From: Camelus ferus
Lineage: Eukaryota
Assembly (NCBI RefSeq): GCF_009834535.1
Contig: NC_045697.1
Coordinates: 62,436,001-62,500,000 of the forward strand
Reading direction: 5' to 3'
Length of the DNA: 64,000 nt
Every line of letters starts with the position of its first letter. The stretch's first letter is position 1. Shown here piece after piece: positions 38,861 to 52,594 of this stretch. The position numbers were made by a program, and so were the translations under genes. The notes beneath the pieces were generated by a model that saw only the letters and a program-made list of their open reading frames with translations, had not been told where the DNA came from and did not search any database.

Positions 38861-39749
38861 ACCCACAGTGCATTACTTGTATCAATTAGGTCTTTATCTG
38901 AAATACTTTCGCTGATTTCTATCTTGTGTCAGTGTTAGTATAGGCTGTCTGTACCACAGAGAAGGAAAAGAGGGTGAGAGGGAGGAAGGCAGCCTGAGAA
39001 CTGTGGAAATTAACATTCTCCTATCAGAAATGATAAAATGATATTGCTGCACACAGCAATCATCCACTGAGAATGTTTTCCTGTGTCTCTATGTTAATTC
39101 TCTCAATTATTGATTGATGCCTCACCTAAGTACTCATGTCATTATTTGAGTAAAGTGATTTTGCAGCCCTAACAATGAGGCAGGAGACAGAACTCCAGGG
39201 TGCTCACCACTGGGTTTTCTGTGCCTGGGTGAACACACCAATGGCTCTTAATAAGCACTGAGGAATGAATGGGGCTATGTATTCAGAGAGTTTTTTTTTT
39301 TTTAAATGTATTTATACTCTCCCCCCAAATCTCCCTCTTCTTCAGCCTGCTTAGAAGCATAAAGACAGAATGATTATTATTCTCACATATAATTTACCTC
39401 CCCCATCACCCCACCTTAACAAGTAGGAGTTTAAGGCCTCAAGGAAGAAAAAAAAATTACTTAAGAGAGGGACCTGGCATTAGCAAGAAAACAAAATAAT
39501 CAAAAGCATAAATCACCAGTGGATATGCTTAGACTGTTATGCCTAAAACCAAATTATTCATTCAGCAGAAGCAGTAGGTTTTTATGGCTAAATCATGAAT
39601 TGTCATTTTAGATATATTGACTTAACGGTCTGGGGTACTTAACGTTCTCCTACCCTCTGATACACTTGGCTACACAAGCACCCTGCTCTGGACATCCTGA
39701 GGTTTGCATCACTGCTGAAAACTGCCAAACTCATCTCTTCTCCTTGATT

Positions 39750-40050
39750 TTCCTGTCCTTGCCTACTGAGGTTCTAGCTCACCCCTCAGGGCAGTGTGCA
39801 GAGTCTACCTCCTCTCTGAAACCTCTTAACCATCCCCCCTGGCAAATTGAGTTCCTTTATTCTGTGTCCTCTCTACACTGATTGTTGAGATACCATGATA
39901 TTTATCTCATACTGTAATTTTCTGTTCACTTTTGTCTTCCCCCAGAAACTGTGTTTTGATAGTAGGGGTTGTGTTTGGTCATCAGTGTATCCCCAGGGCT
40001 AGCTCAGTGCCTGGCAACACCACATAGGTGCTCAATAATGTTTGAGGAAT
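39750..40050 (+). mobile_element. L2 3' end
   Basis: tcatcagtgtatccccagggctagctcagtgcctggca...cacataggtgctcaataatgtttgaggaat. Confidence 0.75.
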
Positions 40051-40844
40051 CAATCTACAGGTGTAGAGAATTTTCTTTACTATTTACTCATAATTAAGGG
40101 ATTGGCAGTTAGTTTCTTAGTCAACTAGACCCCCAAATTCAGAGTTCTCTTTGTAGTTTTATTTCTTCTTTATCCCTTATATCAAATAAATCAATATTTA
40201 TATTTGTTATTTATAGATATTTATATATTATATATATTATTTATATATTTATCTGTATTTATTCCATTAAATAAAGAAATCAATATTTACTTATCTGTAA
40301 GATATTTCTAAATTTCCTTTCCAGTGCCAACGCTTTTGTTCAGATACCAAATGTCACATATTTTCAATATTAAACAATCATTGAACTGGCAGCAATAACT
40401 CTGATCTTTCCCCATCCAATTAATCATACTCTTTTCTCACCATTCAATTTTTCTAAAATACCCACCATTCTGTTGACAAAAGTCTCTAATTTCAAATCTA
40501 TCTTTTTTTTATATGTGACAGTTCATAAGAAAAGTTGGTTAGTGGTAAGTAAATTCCAAATCTGTTTTTAATTACCCTTCCACCCTATCCTTTACTTCAT
40601 TGAAACAGTTATCAGTTTATTGGGTATCTGTCCAGAAAATCTTTCCATATGCATCTGTGGGTGTGTACAGATGTGTATAGAAAGCCCTGTGTTTGTTCTT
40701 TAAAAGTGGTAGAGTAGTCTATACACACCATTCTACCTCTTGCATTTTTAACTTACTCACATGTCTAAGAAATTATTCCTTGTCAGTATTTCTGGATCTG
40801 CACCATTTTTTTAAAGAATCTTTTTCATGTTTGCCCTCTTTTCA

Positions 40845-41665
40845 ATTTTTTTATAGTATTTAAGTATATATAACATAAAATTTTTCATTTTAACCAATTC
40901 CAAATGTACAACTCAGTGGCATTAAGTACACTCACAGTATTGTGAAACCATTACTACTATCCCTTTCCAGCACTTTTTCATTATCCCAAACAGAAACCCT
41001 GTATCCATTAAATAGTATCTCCTCATTTCTTCTTTCCCTCAGTCCCTCTAGTCTACTTTGTCTCTGTGAATTTTCCTATTCTAGGTGTATCATTAAAGTG
41101 GAATCATGTGATACTTGTTTTTCTTTGTCTTATTTCACTTAGCATGTTTTCAGGGTTCATTTATGTTACAGCATGTATCAGAATTTCACTCCTTGTCATG
41201 ACTGAATAATATTCCATTGTATGTATACACCACATTTTGTTTACTCATTTGTCTGTTGATGGGTACTTGGGTCGTTCCCACCTTTTGGCAATTGTAAATA
41301 ATGCTGCTGTGAACATTGGTATACAGGTATCTGTTTGAATCCCTGCTTTCAATTATTTTGGGTATATAACTAAGAGAGAAATTGCTTTGTGGTAATTCTG
41401 TGTTTAACTCTTTGAGGAACTGCTAAACTATTTTCCGTATTTTATATCCTCACCAACAATTCATGCAGCTTTCAATTTCTCCACATTCTCACCAACACTT
41501 GTTTTTTCCCTTTTTTTGTTTCTTTTCTTTCTCTTTCTCTCTTGCTTTCTTTATTATTTTAATAACCATCCAAATAGGTGTGAGGTGGTATCCCATTGTG
41601 GTGTTGGTTTGCATTTCTTTAATGACACCTGACATCTTTTTCATGTGCTTATTGGCTATTTGCAA
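40845..41665 (-). mobile_element. L1MB-like 3' end nested in older L1
   Basis: cagtggcattaagtacactcacagtattgtg; ORF 41489-41674 resembles the ORF2 C-terminus (ANKHMKK..IKEMQTNTTMGYHLTP). Confidence 0.88.
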
Positions 41666-41789
41666 ATATTTCATTCTTTCAAAACTGTAAAATATTTTAT
41701 ATATAAAAGTCTATATCACAAACTCTGTGAACCTGCAGCTCCAGAAAAAAACTTCTTACCTGAAATTTACATTTATTATTTCTATTTTT

Positions 41790-41880
41790 TAAATTAAATT
41801 AAAAATTTTTAAACAGAAGTATAGTTGATTTACAGTGTTGTGTTAGTTTCTGGTGTACAGCACAGTGATTCAGTTATATT
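41790..41880 (-). mobile_element. Very short cetartiodactyl-type L1 3' tail
   Basis: gaagtatagttgatttacagtgttgtgttagtttctggtgtacagcacagtgattcagttat. Reverse complement of the tail type at 55660-55721. Confidence 0.85.
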
Positions 41881-42743
41881 ATTTTTCTTTTCTTTCTAGT
41901 TTTGCTACATATATATCTCCTAAAATAATATAATGCTTTATTTTGCTTTTTTATGAACTTTTTCATATTGCATGTATTTTTTCTATATTGCTTTATTCAC
42001 TCAATATTATGTTTCTGAGATTTGTGCATATGGATTGCTCTAATTATGAGTTATTCATTTCACTGCTCTATAGTATCCCATTGCATAACTGCATTTTAAT
42101 CTATTTATCTATTATTTAGCCAATTAACAAGAAACCTACAAAAAACCCAAAGGTTATTAAGAATTCTGTTACTACAATAAATTCGTATACAAGTCTTCTG
42201 GTACATACGTGTAAAAGTATATGTAGGAGGGGAACTGTTGGGTTATGAGGCATGTTTATTTCCAAATTTAGTGGATAATGCCTAATTACTTTCAAAATAC
42301 TTGTACAAGGTTGTACTTCCACCACTACCTCACATGAATTGTATTATACACATTATAGGATAGATTATAGAAAATCAAACATGTTTAATATTAGATACAT
42401 TATTTGAAAAATTTTAAGCCTTTTTTGGTGGGGGATGTTGTTGTTCTCATATTTACCTGGTTTCTGTAAATGTTCCAAAAATGAGTTTGAAGATACTGTG
42501 GGATTCTGTAGTTGTGTGTGCTTATATAAAAAGTTAGGGATGCTAAAATGTACCAATATGAAGTGGATTAGTTGATTTTCAATTTTTGAAGCTAGGTTAT
42601 TAGATGCAGCATGATTTTAAATTGTTGTTTTTGCCTGGTGAACTGAAACTTCTATTATAATGACTCTCAATCTCTGGCATTGCTTTCAATTTTAAAGTCT
42701 ATTTTCTTTTATATTATAGTTTTGTCAGTTTTTAAATAGTAAT

Positions 42744-43235
42744 TGTAATGATTAATTTTATGTGTCAACTTGACTGGGCTAAGGAATGCCCAGATAGCTC
42801 ATAAAATATTATTTCTGGCTGTGTCTGTCATTAGCATTGAATTCAGTAGACTACGTAAAAAGATCTACTCTCACCAATGTGGGCAGACACAATCCAATCT
42901 GTTGGAAACCCAAATGGAAAAAAATAAAAAAAGAAAGGAAAGTTCTTGCTCTCTCTTCTTGAGCTGGGACATCCATGTTCTGTTCCTCAGAGCCCCTGGT
43001 TCTGGAACTTTTGACCGTAGACTGAGATTTATACCATAGTCTCTTCTTGTTCTCAGGCCTTTGGATTTAGACTGAATTACCTCGCTGGTTTTCCTGGTTC
43101 TCCAGATTGCAGACGCCAGATTGTGGGATTTCTTGGCTTGCATGATCACATGAGTCAATTCCTATAATAAATCTCTCTCTCTCTCATCTGTATAGCTTAT
43201 TGGTTCTGTTTCTATGGAGAACCCTGACTAACACA
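42744..43235 (+). mobile_element. ERVL solo LTR (MLT2B-like)
   Basis: tgtaatgattaattttatgtgtcaacttgactgggctaagg...aataaa...ggagaaccctgactaacaca, with 5-bp TSD GTAAT (42739-42743, 43236-43240). Confidence 0.93.
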
Positions 43236-45137
43236 GTAATACAGATAAATTAACTTCTTTTGGTTGTAGTTTTAATTTCAAATTCGCTGTGTTCTTATGA
43301 TGTAGGTGTTTCTCATAAATAACACATAGCTGGATTTATTTATTGATTTCTGTCATTTTTATCCAGTCTTTTAACTGCACTCTCCAGTTAAAAGAGAGTT
43401 TTGATATTATAATAACTTGTATATGGATTTATTGTCCAATTTTTGCTGTCGTTGTCTAATCAGGTTTAGTCTAAATGCTATTTCCCTGGAGCTAATGTAA
43501 CTTTTTTCTCAGAATGGCTTTAAGATCTTATCTTTATTTTTGGTGTTCTGTATGGTTTCAGTATAATGTCTAGATGTATTTCTTTTTTATTTATTTTACT
43601 TGGGATTTTTTGCTTTCTCAATATGTTGATTTTTGTTTTATAACAATGCTGGAAATTTTTCAGCATTACTTTTCCCAATATTACTTCTTTTTACATTTTT
43701 CCAATGGAGTATTCTTCTAATACTTCAAATAGAGGTTGATTGGACATTTTACCACAAATCCCTATGTCTTGTAATCTCTCATTATTTTTCATCTCTGTTT
43801 CTCTGTCACTTTATTTTCTGGTATCCTTTGTCCTCAGCCATTTGAGTTTTCTGCAGTATAGAGAGAGTTACTTCTAAGTTCTCTGCAAATGTCAAGACTT
43901 CTAGATTAAGATGGAATATATTCTGTATCTAATTTTGTTTCCTTCCAATGGTTTCAATTTTCATGTTTGTTTCTTCTCCCATAGTAAATACTCTTACTTG
44001 TATTCAGTATCCAAACATCACAATATTGGATGTCTTTATGGTTTTAGGTTTGTTGTTTATTATTTTCTGCTGACTTTTACACATGGTGGCTTATTTCCTG
44101 ATGCGTTCTGTGACTTTCTTTTTTTAAATTGTGACATCTTATTTGTTGCAACTCTATTGTGGATTCTTTAAGACTGTCATTGAGAGAGAGTTCTCCTAAG
44201 AGCAATGGTTTCTTTTTCTGTCATCCCAAGGGCCCTACCAACTAGGTTCTTCCTATAGAAAGTTGTATCCTCACCTGTTAAAATTGATGGGATTATTGAA
44301 ACATCATTTTAAATTAAATTCAGTCAGATTATTATTGTTTTGTCTATATGATAAAAATCCTCTTTTATTTAAGTAATTGTAACTTTTTAGGAGAATAGAA
44401 ATGGTTTAAATGTCATATAGCGAGTCTTGGATGAGGTATAGAAGTTTCTCTGAAATTTCAAGAATGCTCTCATAAGTGCTACATAAGTACTATTTTTCAC
44501 CATTCTTTACTTTTAAAACAAAATACAATCATTTTTCCCCTCATGAAATTTTTAGTCTAAAATTTGTAGACATTTTGAAGGCTATTTCTCAATTACTCTT
44601 TCTGTATATCTGTTTATCCAGTAATTTATGATATTCAACCTAAAAATAAGTTTTGATATCTTTCCAATACAGGCAGCCAGTCCTTCAGTCTATATAAATA
44701 GACTGATTTGGTTATTTTGTTGGTTTGAAGAGAGCTACAATCTGGTGTGGAGTAAAATGACTCTAGGTTACTAAAAAAGACTTCAAGGGAAACTCTAGGT
44801 GACTCCTATGCTAGTCAAAGGAAAAAGAGACACGGGACATGTAATGGCCTCTTATAAAGAAAACAGATTATAGTGTCTCTAGGTTGTGAGGGGTTAGGGT
44901 GGATAACCCAGCAAAGCCATTCTCTAGCTGACCCATATCATAGATGGCAAATTTGTCTGGGGATTTTAATATTCAGGAAAGAGGTGGCCGCAATTAAGCC
45001 TCTGGAGAAACCCAGAAAACAGAAGCATTGAGTAAGAAAGTGGTCAATGGCTGCTAATAAGAGATGTGACCCAAGAAGAGACCCAGTATCTTCAACCATC
45101 ATGAAATGAGAGGCATCCACAAACTGGAGTATCTTCA

Positions 45138-45560
45138 GCTGTGTTTACTGGAGCCCTTCTGCACTCAGCTTTATTGCCCATCATGTCTGTACTCTGCTTC
45201 ATATTTCTGGGGGCTGCCCTCTGGGCTCCATTTCATGAGCTCCTGAGTGGGTTGCCTTCCATCTGGGTTTGACTAATGGGAGGTACTGATGGGTGACTGG
45301 TGGGCAGGCAAAGAGGAATCAACCAGGCTATTTTTCTTTTTTGTCCTTCTCTGCCTTGAAGTGCTTCTCTGACAGTGACTGTATCTCCTTATCATTTTCA
45401 GCTCCATCTGAATAGGCCTGACATTTGTCCAGCTACTGTCATTTGACTCTAACTTTTGAGATCTGATAACACCACTTCTTCTCTTTGTTTCACCAAAATG
45501 AACAAGGTAGAGGCTTTCCGATGTTAATTTCTAATTTCCTCAAACATCTGGATTCCAATT
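45138..45560 (+). mobile_element. ERVL LTR (LTR33-like)
   Basis: cttccatctgggtttgactaatgggaggtactgatgggtgactggtgggcagg...tgacagtgactgtatc. Confidence 0.65.
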
Positions 45561-48500
45561 GTTTAATCTGTTAAAATTATGGTGATCTTTTTTTCTGAGA
45601 ATAATACCAGTATATTCTGCAATGTTGTTTTCTTGAATTTTGAATTCTCTGCTCCTCTAGATTTTACTATAATCTTAGAAGAAGATGTAGAGATTGGTTT
45701 GATTATTTTATAGAACAGGGTATGCTGAACAGAGAAAGATCTCAGAGTCCTCAATAGAGAATACCATCTGGGGTACCAAAGGAGAGAGTAGGAGTAACCA
45801 GAGAGTAACTAGACTTAGAACCAGAAGTTGGTATTTAGTATGAATTTGGAAACAGGAGCCTCAAGCTATGAAAATGATTTCATGTATTGAGTTGGGAATC
45901 AAATGTGGGAGAATATCTTATATGATTGTCTAGAAGAGATTTAAAAAAAAATTGTGGCCTATTTACTTTGGAGAGCTGGGACTTGATATATTGGTGAGAG
46001 CTCAGCTTAAACACTTTTCCACTGTTCTGTTCAGAAACTAGCCTGGTTGCCAGAGGCTGCTGCATATGATGAATTGTAAGGCAGGTCTTGGGTGTAGGAC
46101 GAAGTTATCCTTGATAAGAATAAGGCACATGGGCATATCTGGATACAAGATTGATTGGAGATTGTAGCCCTTGTTTGAGCAGCAGCATCCTGGTAACAAC
46201 TCTGTATTATGGATAGAACACAAACTTTTGTTGTACAGCAAGGATTTTATCATATACTGTTATGTGAACTAAGATAGCACTGCTGAAGAATCAAATAAGA
46301 ATAATTGTTTTTGGAAAATGAAATTTTAATGTCAAATAAATAATTACAACACTTCTAAAGTCATGAGCCATGCAGTCCAGCCTCAGAATGGTTTTGAGAT
46401 CAAAGGAACACTTCACAACACCCGAAGTAAATAACAAAGTAGGTCAACATCTCTTCCTCTGGCTAGGATTTTGCTCCAAATTAGATGGACTACATGGAGC
46501 TACAATGCCATGACTCAAAAAGCATTCCTTCTTTTGCTTTTCTCTTCTCTTTTAAATCAGACCATACCCAGCTTCCAACTTGGCAAGAAGCTAAGCAAAG
46601 ACAATGCAGAACGAAAGTAAGAAATCCTGTAAAACATGTAGATGGTATATCAAATGGAATGGGACTTCAATTCTGTTGGAGTTGGGCTTTTGGATACTGA
46701 CACTGATAGATTCCAAACCTGACCTAACCATACCATTTAAGACTTGGATGGTTGACTGCATTTTTGGAGAAAAATGAAATCAGTACCCTAGTTTTCTTCT
46801 CTATTGGTCATAGAAAGAGTTCCAATGTACCACATAACCAAGTCCTTACAGCTTATCATGTGTGGCACAAGTCTGAGGAAGCAGCTCTTATGTACTTTAT
46901 GAAGTTTTCTAATTTATTTCTATGACAAGAATAAGAGTCTAATCCCAGAGGTGGAGACCAGGTATAGATCAGAAAGTCACAACAGAAGTACAGTCATGGG
47001 CATAAAGAGAGCCTACTGGGTTTAACAGAAAGCCTGAGGTTTAGTGGAAATGTGGCACCGCCACTAAGCCTGGGTACCTTAAACTGGGTTAAAGGCAGCC
47101 AGAATTAACCAAGATCCCACCAGCCAGCAGAAGTAAACTTTCTGGTAAAAGCATGGCCTCTTCTGGCTGGCACTGGCTCAAGAACACACAGGGCAGTGCT
47201 TGGAGAATGAAGGTCTCTGAAAGGCATCAGTTAACACTCTAGGAATTGCTTTGCATAATGCCAAATGATTTTGACATAATTGAGATCTTTAGCTTTCATG
47301 AATTTACATATAACCAGTTTAGAGTAATACAAATAAAGAAAATAAAAAAGGTCAAATTCAAACAATAGCTTGGGTGCAAGATAAGCTACTTGGTTGAATT
47401 ATTGAGTACTTGAACAATTCTTAAACCTGCTGGATGTGTACGGAAAAAGCCTGAGAGAGCTGTGCTGATTTTTCCCCAAGATACAGACCCTCTGTTTTAT
47501 TCATAATTGTGATCTTTGACACAATCAAGGAAAGGTTAGTTTCTTCCCCTTTCCAAGTATGCAGGCTGATTAATCATATCTTAACACTATGTGAAAAGTC
47601 TCTCATAAGTATAAGTAAGCCCATTTTTAAAATTGTCTTCTAGTGTATGTAATTGATAATTGCACATTTATCTTTATATCATTTCTAAGTTGTTACTGCA
47701 GTTGAGTAAGTCCCATTCTATTTAATACACTAGATACATGTCTTATAGCATTTCTTACTTTTGTTCTGTGGAGTCTTTGCTTAGATTCTTTCCAACCATA
47801 AAACTAAAATTAATCTCTGTTATATCATTTTATACTTCTCTTTATATTTTCTTTTGCTATTTGGTGATATACTATATATAGAAGCATCATCAAATAACAC
47901 ATGTATGTTTTCACCCAACTACATTTTCCTGAGACTTTAGAAATGCTAAAAGTAAGTGTGACTAAGATGAGTTTTTATAAGTCTTCAAGTTATTCCAGTG
48001 CTCAGGGACTCTGAGTATGGAAAAATTTTACATATAATTTATTCATTTGTCTACCCACACCATTCACGAAAAGATTTAAGTGGCCACTTAGGTTTATAAA
48101 TGGCTTAGAGCTTTGTCTTATGGGAAAGTTTACCTCCATCTGGCAAAAATTTAACATTTTGAGGGACACTGACATTTCCTGATGGAATTAGTGATCCCTT
48201 ACTCATTGTGCAGTTAACACTATGCAGCTAAAATTCAAATTATGGATATTTACAAGAAGGTACATAGATGTGTGTACAGATGTATGTTAATAAGGCAGAT
48301 ATAACTCATGTTACCAAGGGGGGGGGGCACCAATTCAAACCATATGGGTTTTATTTTCTCCATTTATAATGATAAAAAATGAATTATTATACTGCAACAT
48401 TATGTATGGCTCTAGACTGTAAATTTTAAAAATGTCCTAAATCTTATCATTAGTGCATATAATGAAATACACAAAATCACTTTAAAAATTCATGCATAAA

Positions 48501-48784
48501 TGAATTAATTAAGTATATTATTCTAGAGTAAAATGTTACCCAGCTTGGCAGTCGTTTGTGTTTATGTGGCAAGGCAGTGGCAGAACTGAAAACCTCTGGT
48601 TAGTGTATTTCTAGGAATTCCTTATCTTTCATAAATGTCTCTATTGAATTTTGACAGAGAATTCTAATTATTATTGTCATTACTATTTACTATAATGTCT
48701 TTTAAAATCAGGTTTTTTTTAACTTAACTATCTATGGTAGACATATTTCTAATTTGAGAGAAGTGATCTAACTGATGGTTTAAA

Positions 48785-50282
48785 AAAATAAACTCTATTT
48801 CAGAATTGTGTACATTTACACATTTCAAAGATTGTTCAGAGTTCCCATATACCCCATACTCAATTTCCTCTATTGTCTACATCTTAATTAAAGTCCATAC
48901 TTTATTTAGATTTCTTTAGTTTTTACCTAATGCCATTTGTCTATTCACATTACCTTTCATCATCGTGTCTCTTTAGGCTCCTCTTGGCTGTGACAATTTT
49001 TGTGGTTTGCCTTGTTTTTGATGACCTTGACAGTTGTCAGAAGAACTGGTCTGATATTAGGTAGAAGGTACCTCAATTAGAATTTGTTTGTCCTACTATT
49101 AGACAGGGATTGAGGCTTTTTTGAGAGGAAGAAAACAGAGGTCAGTGTAATTCTCATCCTGCCTTACCAAGGGTATCTTATATCCTCATAACTTGTCACG
49201 ATTGTTGTTAACCTTGATCACCTGGGTAAGGTAGTCTTTGTTAGGTCTGTCCACTGTAAAGTTTCTCTTTTCCCCCTCTTTTCATATTGTAATCTCTGGA
49301 AGGAAGTCACCATGGGCAGCACACACGTAAGGAGTGGAGAGTTATCCTCTCCCTTCTAGAGAGTGTAATATCTGGTGAGGTATCTACACAAATTATTTGG
49401 AGGAATTCTGCATGGGTGATTTATCTATTCTCCCCATTTATGTATTTATTCAATCATTCATTTATACCAGAATGAATTCATGGCTATTTATTTTATACTT
49501 TGGGTTATAATCCAACACAGTTTTACTTGTTCATTGCTCAAAAGTTTATCTTTTGTATTTCTTGCCCCAGTCCTAAAATGAGCCATTTCTCCAAGGGACC
49601 CTGGTTTTCTTTATAGAGGAATGGTATGAGAAGGCAAGATCTGGGCACTGGGTAGTCTCATTGATCTTAGGGTATCATTTCTTTCAGGTCCTCTCAGCTG
49701 ACAGAGCTGGAACTCTAATTCATTACCATATGAATCAATCTAGCCCTCTTCCATTGCACATCTGTAACCTCCCACTCCAACGATGAGAAAACTGGCTCCT
49801 ACCATTAACATTCATTTACTTAATTGTTCAATTCTACTCTACATTTGTAAAAAGAATTAATAAACAGAAACCCCAGTGAAATAGAGCTGGTAGACCAGAA
49901 AGGGGAGCTCTCATGCCCTGTAGCCATAGCAGAGGGCAGCTGGAAGAAGAGACTCCTCTTCTTTCATGGCAAGGACTGAGTCAATGAAAAGCCATGGACA
50001 CTAGATTACTGTAGTCCTCCCAACTTCCTTTTCTTCTCTGTAAGTGTTCTCCTTCTCTTGCCATTCAGGGACTTGCACATAGCTCGTCATGGTTGCAGAC
50101 CCCAAATTGCAATTCTCTGCTGATTCTGAATAAGCCCATCTTTGCTGGAGAAACATCTGGCAGTTTATTTGTTTCAGGTTAACACATGAATTATGATTTC
50201 AGAATTATTAACATGTACACATGGGAAGACTTCCTCATTCAAGAACAGTGTTTATGTACAATTCCTTGTCTTTAGTCTTCTG
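48785..50282 (-). mobile_element. L1MD-like 3'UTR, interrupted by an LTR at 49846-50184
   Basis: gagttcccatatacccc; ctcctcttggctgtgacaattt; ccatttctccaagggaccctggtt. L1 sequence resumes after the LTR (tttcagaattattaac...tttagtctt). Confidence 0.88.
49846..50184 (+). mobile_element. ERV1-class solo LTR (339 bp; MER34/39-like end)
   Basis: TGTAA...TTAACA termini, 4-bp flanks CATT/CATG (one mismatch), clean interruption of the host L1. Confidence 0.8.
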
Positions 50283-50299
50283 AGTGATGAATATTTATT

Positions 50300-51318
50300 T
50301 ACTGAGAAGATTTGTAAACCAAGTATTACATATATGGCCAAGTTTCTTTTCACTGCTTATATTAATGTGAAAGGAAAGAGATAAATTGAAGGAACTGTTA
50401 AGCCAAAAGGAACCAGAACTTGAAGATTTGGAAAAATCTCAGCCTATCCATATTGCAAAAAATGAGAAAACAAGTTCTGGAGAGAACACCAAGGATGTGG
50501 CTGGGCAATCACATAAAGAGATTACCCAGGATTTTAATCAAGAATCTCAGCAGGAGCCAGGGATAGAGATGGGATTATACCACTAGAGATACTGCTAGCT
50601 TGAACTGAAGGGGACAGAGATAGGAAGAGATAAAGGAAGACTTTCAGACTTCTGGGATTCTGCAGTATGGGATAATAGAGTTACGAACTGCCGGCATGCT
50701 ATATCCTGCAAGAAAAGGAAAGAATGGCCGTAAAGGCAATTCAGAAATCATCAGGGCTACCACCTGCATCACAGACCCAGGCGCAAGGCCATTTCCTCCT
50801 TAGTTCCAGAGGGTGGGCCCACTTCTTTGGTTTCAGCAACCGGGCTGCCCTGCATAGAGCTGAGAAGGGTGGGGCTAATGCCCCAGGGCTATGGGAGTGA
50901 TGCTGCCACCCCAGTGGGCCTGGAGACAAATCACTTAGCCTAAGAGGATTATCCTCAAGTCTTAAGGCCTATTGAAATTTGCTTTCCTAGGTTTTAGACG
51001 TCCTTGGGTCCTATTTCCCCTTTCTTCTTTCTTATTTCTTCCTTTTGAGATGGGCATGTCTACCCTGTACCAGTGCCATCAATGTATTTTGAAAGTGCAT
51101 GACTTGTCTGGTTTTATAAGGTCACAACTGGAGACGAATTACGTATCAGGGTGAATCATACCTTAAATCTCACCCATAACTGATTTAGATGATATATAGT
51201 TAATATTAGGGACTTGAATTGATGCTGCAGTGTATTGAGACTTTGGGGGGCTATTGGTTTGGGGTGAATGTATTTTGAATTTTAGAAGGACGTGAATTTT
51301 GAAGGGCCAGAGGCAGAA
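50300..51318 (+). mobile_element. MaLR internal region (MLT1A/MST-int-like), 3' part
   Basis: aaaaggaaccagaacttgaagatttggaaaaatctcagcctatccatattgcaaaaaatgagaaa...ggggtgaatgtattttg...gtgaattttgaagggccagagg (purine tract before the LTR). Confidence 0.8.
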
Positions 51319-51600
51319 AGTTATGGTATCAACTGTGTCCTTCTAAAAATTTATGTTGAAGCTTTAACATCCTATCTGACTCTGGAAATAGTGCCTTCAG
51401 GGAAGTAATTCATGTTAAATGTGGTCGTCAGGGTGGAGCCCTAATCTGATAGGACTGATGTCTTTATAAGAGGAGGAAAAGGGACCAGGCTGCTCTCTTT
51501 CTCTCTCCACAAGTACATGCAAAAGAAGGGCCATGTGAGAACCAGCAAGAAGGTGGCCATCTTCAAGCCAGGAGAACCCTTATCAGAAACTGAATTCTGT
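51319..51600 (+). mobile_element. MLT1A/B-like LTR, 3'-truncated
   Basis: ttatggt..aactgtgtcc...tatgttgaagc...gggtggagccctaatctgataggactgatgtctttataagagg...aagaaggtggccatcttcaagccagg. Confidence 0.85.
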
Positions 51601-52594
51601 TTAGTTCTTTTTTATGACCTCTCTCCTTTTGTTGAACTTGTTTCCCATATTGTTTTTGTGATATAATTGAGTTGCCAATCTGTGTTCTCTAGAAGCTCAC
51701 TAAACTTCTTTAAAATAATTATTTTGAATTAATTGTCAAAAAAGTTCATAGATCTCCATTTTAAGGGGTTGGTTACTGCAAATTTATTGTGTTCCCCTGG
51801 TGGTTTCATATTTCCCTGATTTCTTGTGTTCCTTGTAGCCTTACATTGGTGTCTGCTCATGAGAAGAAGTAGTACCTCCTCCAGACTTGATATACCAACT
51901 TCAGTAGGGAAGGACTTTCAGCTGTGGGTGGGCATGAGGATGCCAGCTGGGTGGGGTTGTGTGGTGGCACTGGGTCTGGGAGCATATAGGTTCTCTGGTG
52001 CTGGATTCAGGGGAGTGTAATGTCACAAGTTCTGGTCAGGGGATGACAAGTACCTGGTTCAAAGGTACATGTGGGCACCAGGGCAGCTGCACGTGGGGCG
52101 TCTGGGTCCAGTGAGTGTGTAGTTGCACCAAATCCTGAGGATGCACAGTGGTGTCTGCTGGACGGTAGTGCATGGTGGTACTGGTGGTGCTTCTGGCTCC
52201 AGGAAGATGTACCAACTTGGGCTTCTGGTAGCTCTGGAAGCTGGGGTTCTCATTAGTGAAAATTGTGGGATTCCTCAGCAGCAAGACTGTGGAGGTCCCT
52301 GGAAGTGGACAGGCTGCTGGAGTCCTTCTGTTCTTCTTTTCCCCCATGAGGAAACTTACCATTGAGCTGTGCCAGCCTGGCAAATGGGGTGATGCAGTTA
52401 AAATCAAAAAGTTCTTTCCACCCTCTTCCATATGGTTATCCTTGTTCTTTTTCTCTCCTGGGTTGCTGCAGCTTCTTAATTGGTCTCTGGAGCTCTCTCA
52501 GAGGTATTTTCATCCTGGAAGTTGTTAGGTCATTATTTTAGTGGGAGACAAGATCTAGGACCTCCTAGTCTACGATCTTGCTGATGTAACTCCA
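51601..52594 (-). mobile_element. Old L1 5' end (5'UTR plus start of ORF1; L1M2/M3-like)
   Basis: Minus strand begins ggagttacatcagcaagatcgtag (L1M-type start). ORF1-like antisense gctcactaaacttctttaaaataattattttgaatt. Confidence 0.75.

Larger units (their letters stand above)
40500..44230 (-). mobile_element. Fragmented ancient L1ME-like sequence hosting younger insertions
   Basis: Scattered antisense L1M motifs (tcaatattatgtttctgagattt; ttttaaagtctatttt; ctttaagatcttatctttatttttggtgttctg; ggaaatttttcagcatta). Confidence 0.6.

Noticed and set aside
50386..50586. Charged 66-aa ORF
   Set aside because: Remnant of MaLR internal sequence, interrupted by stops.
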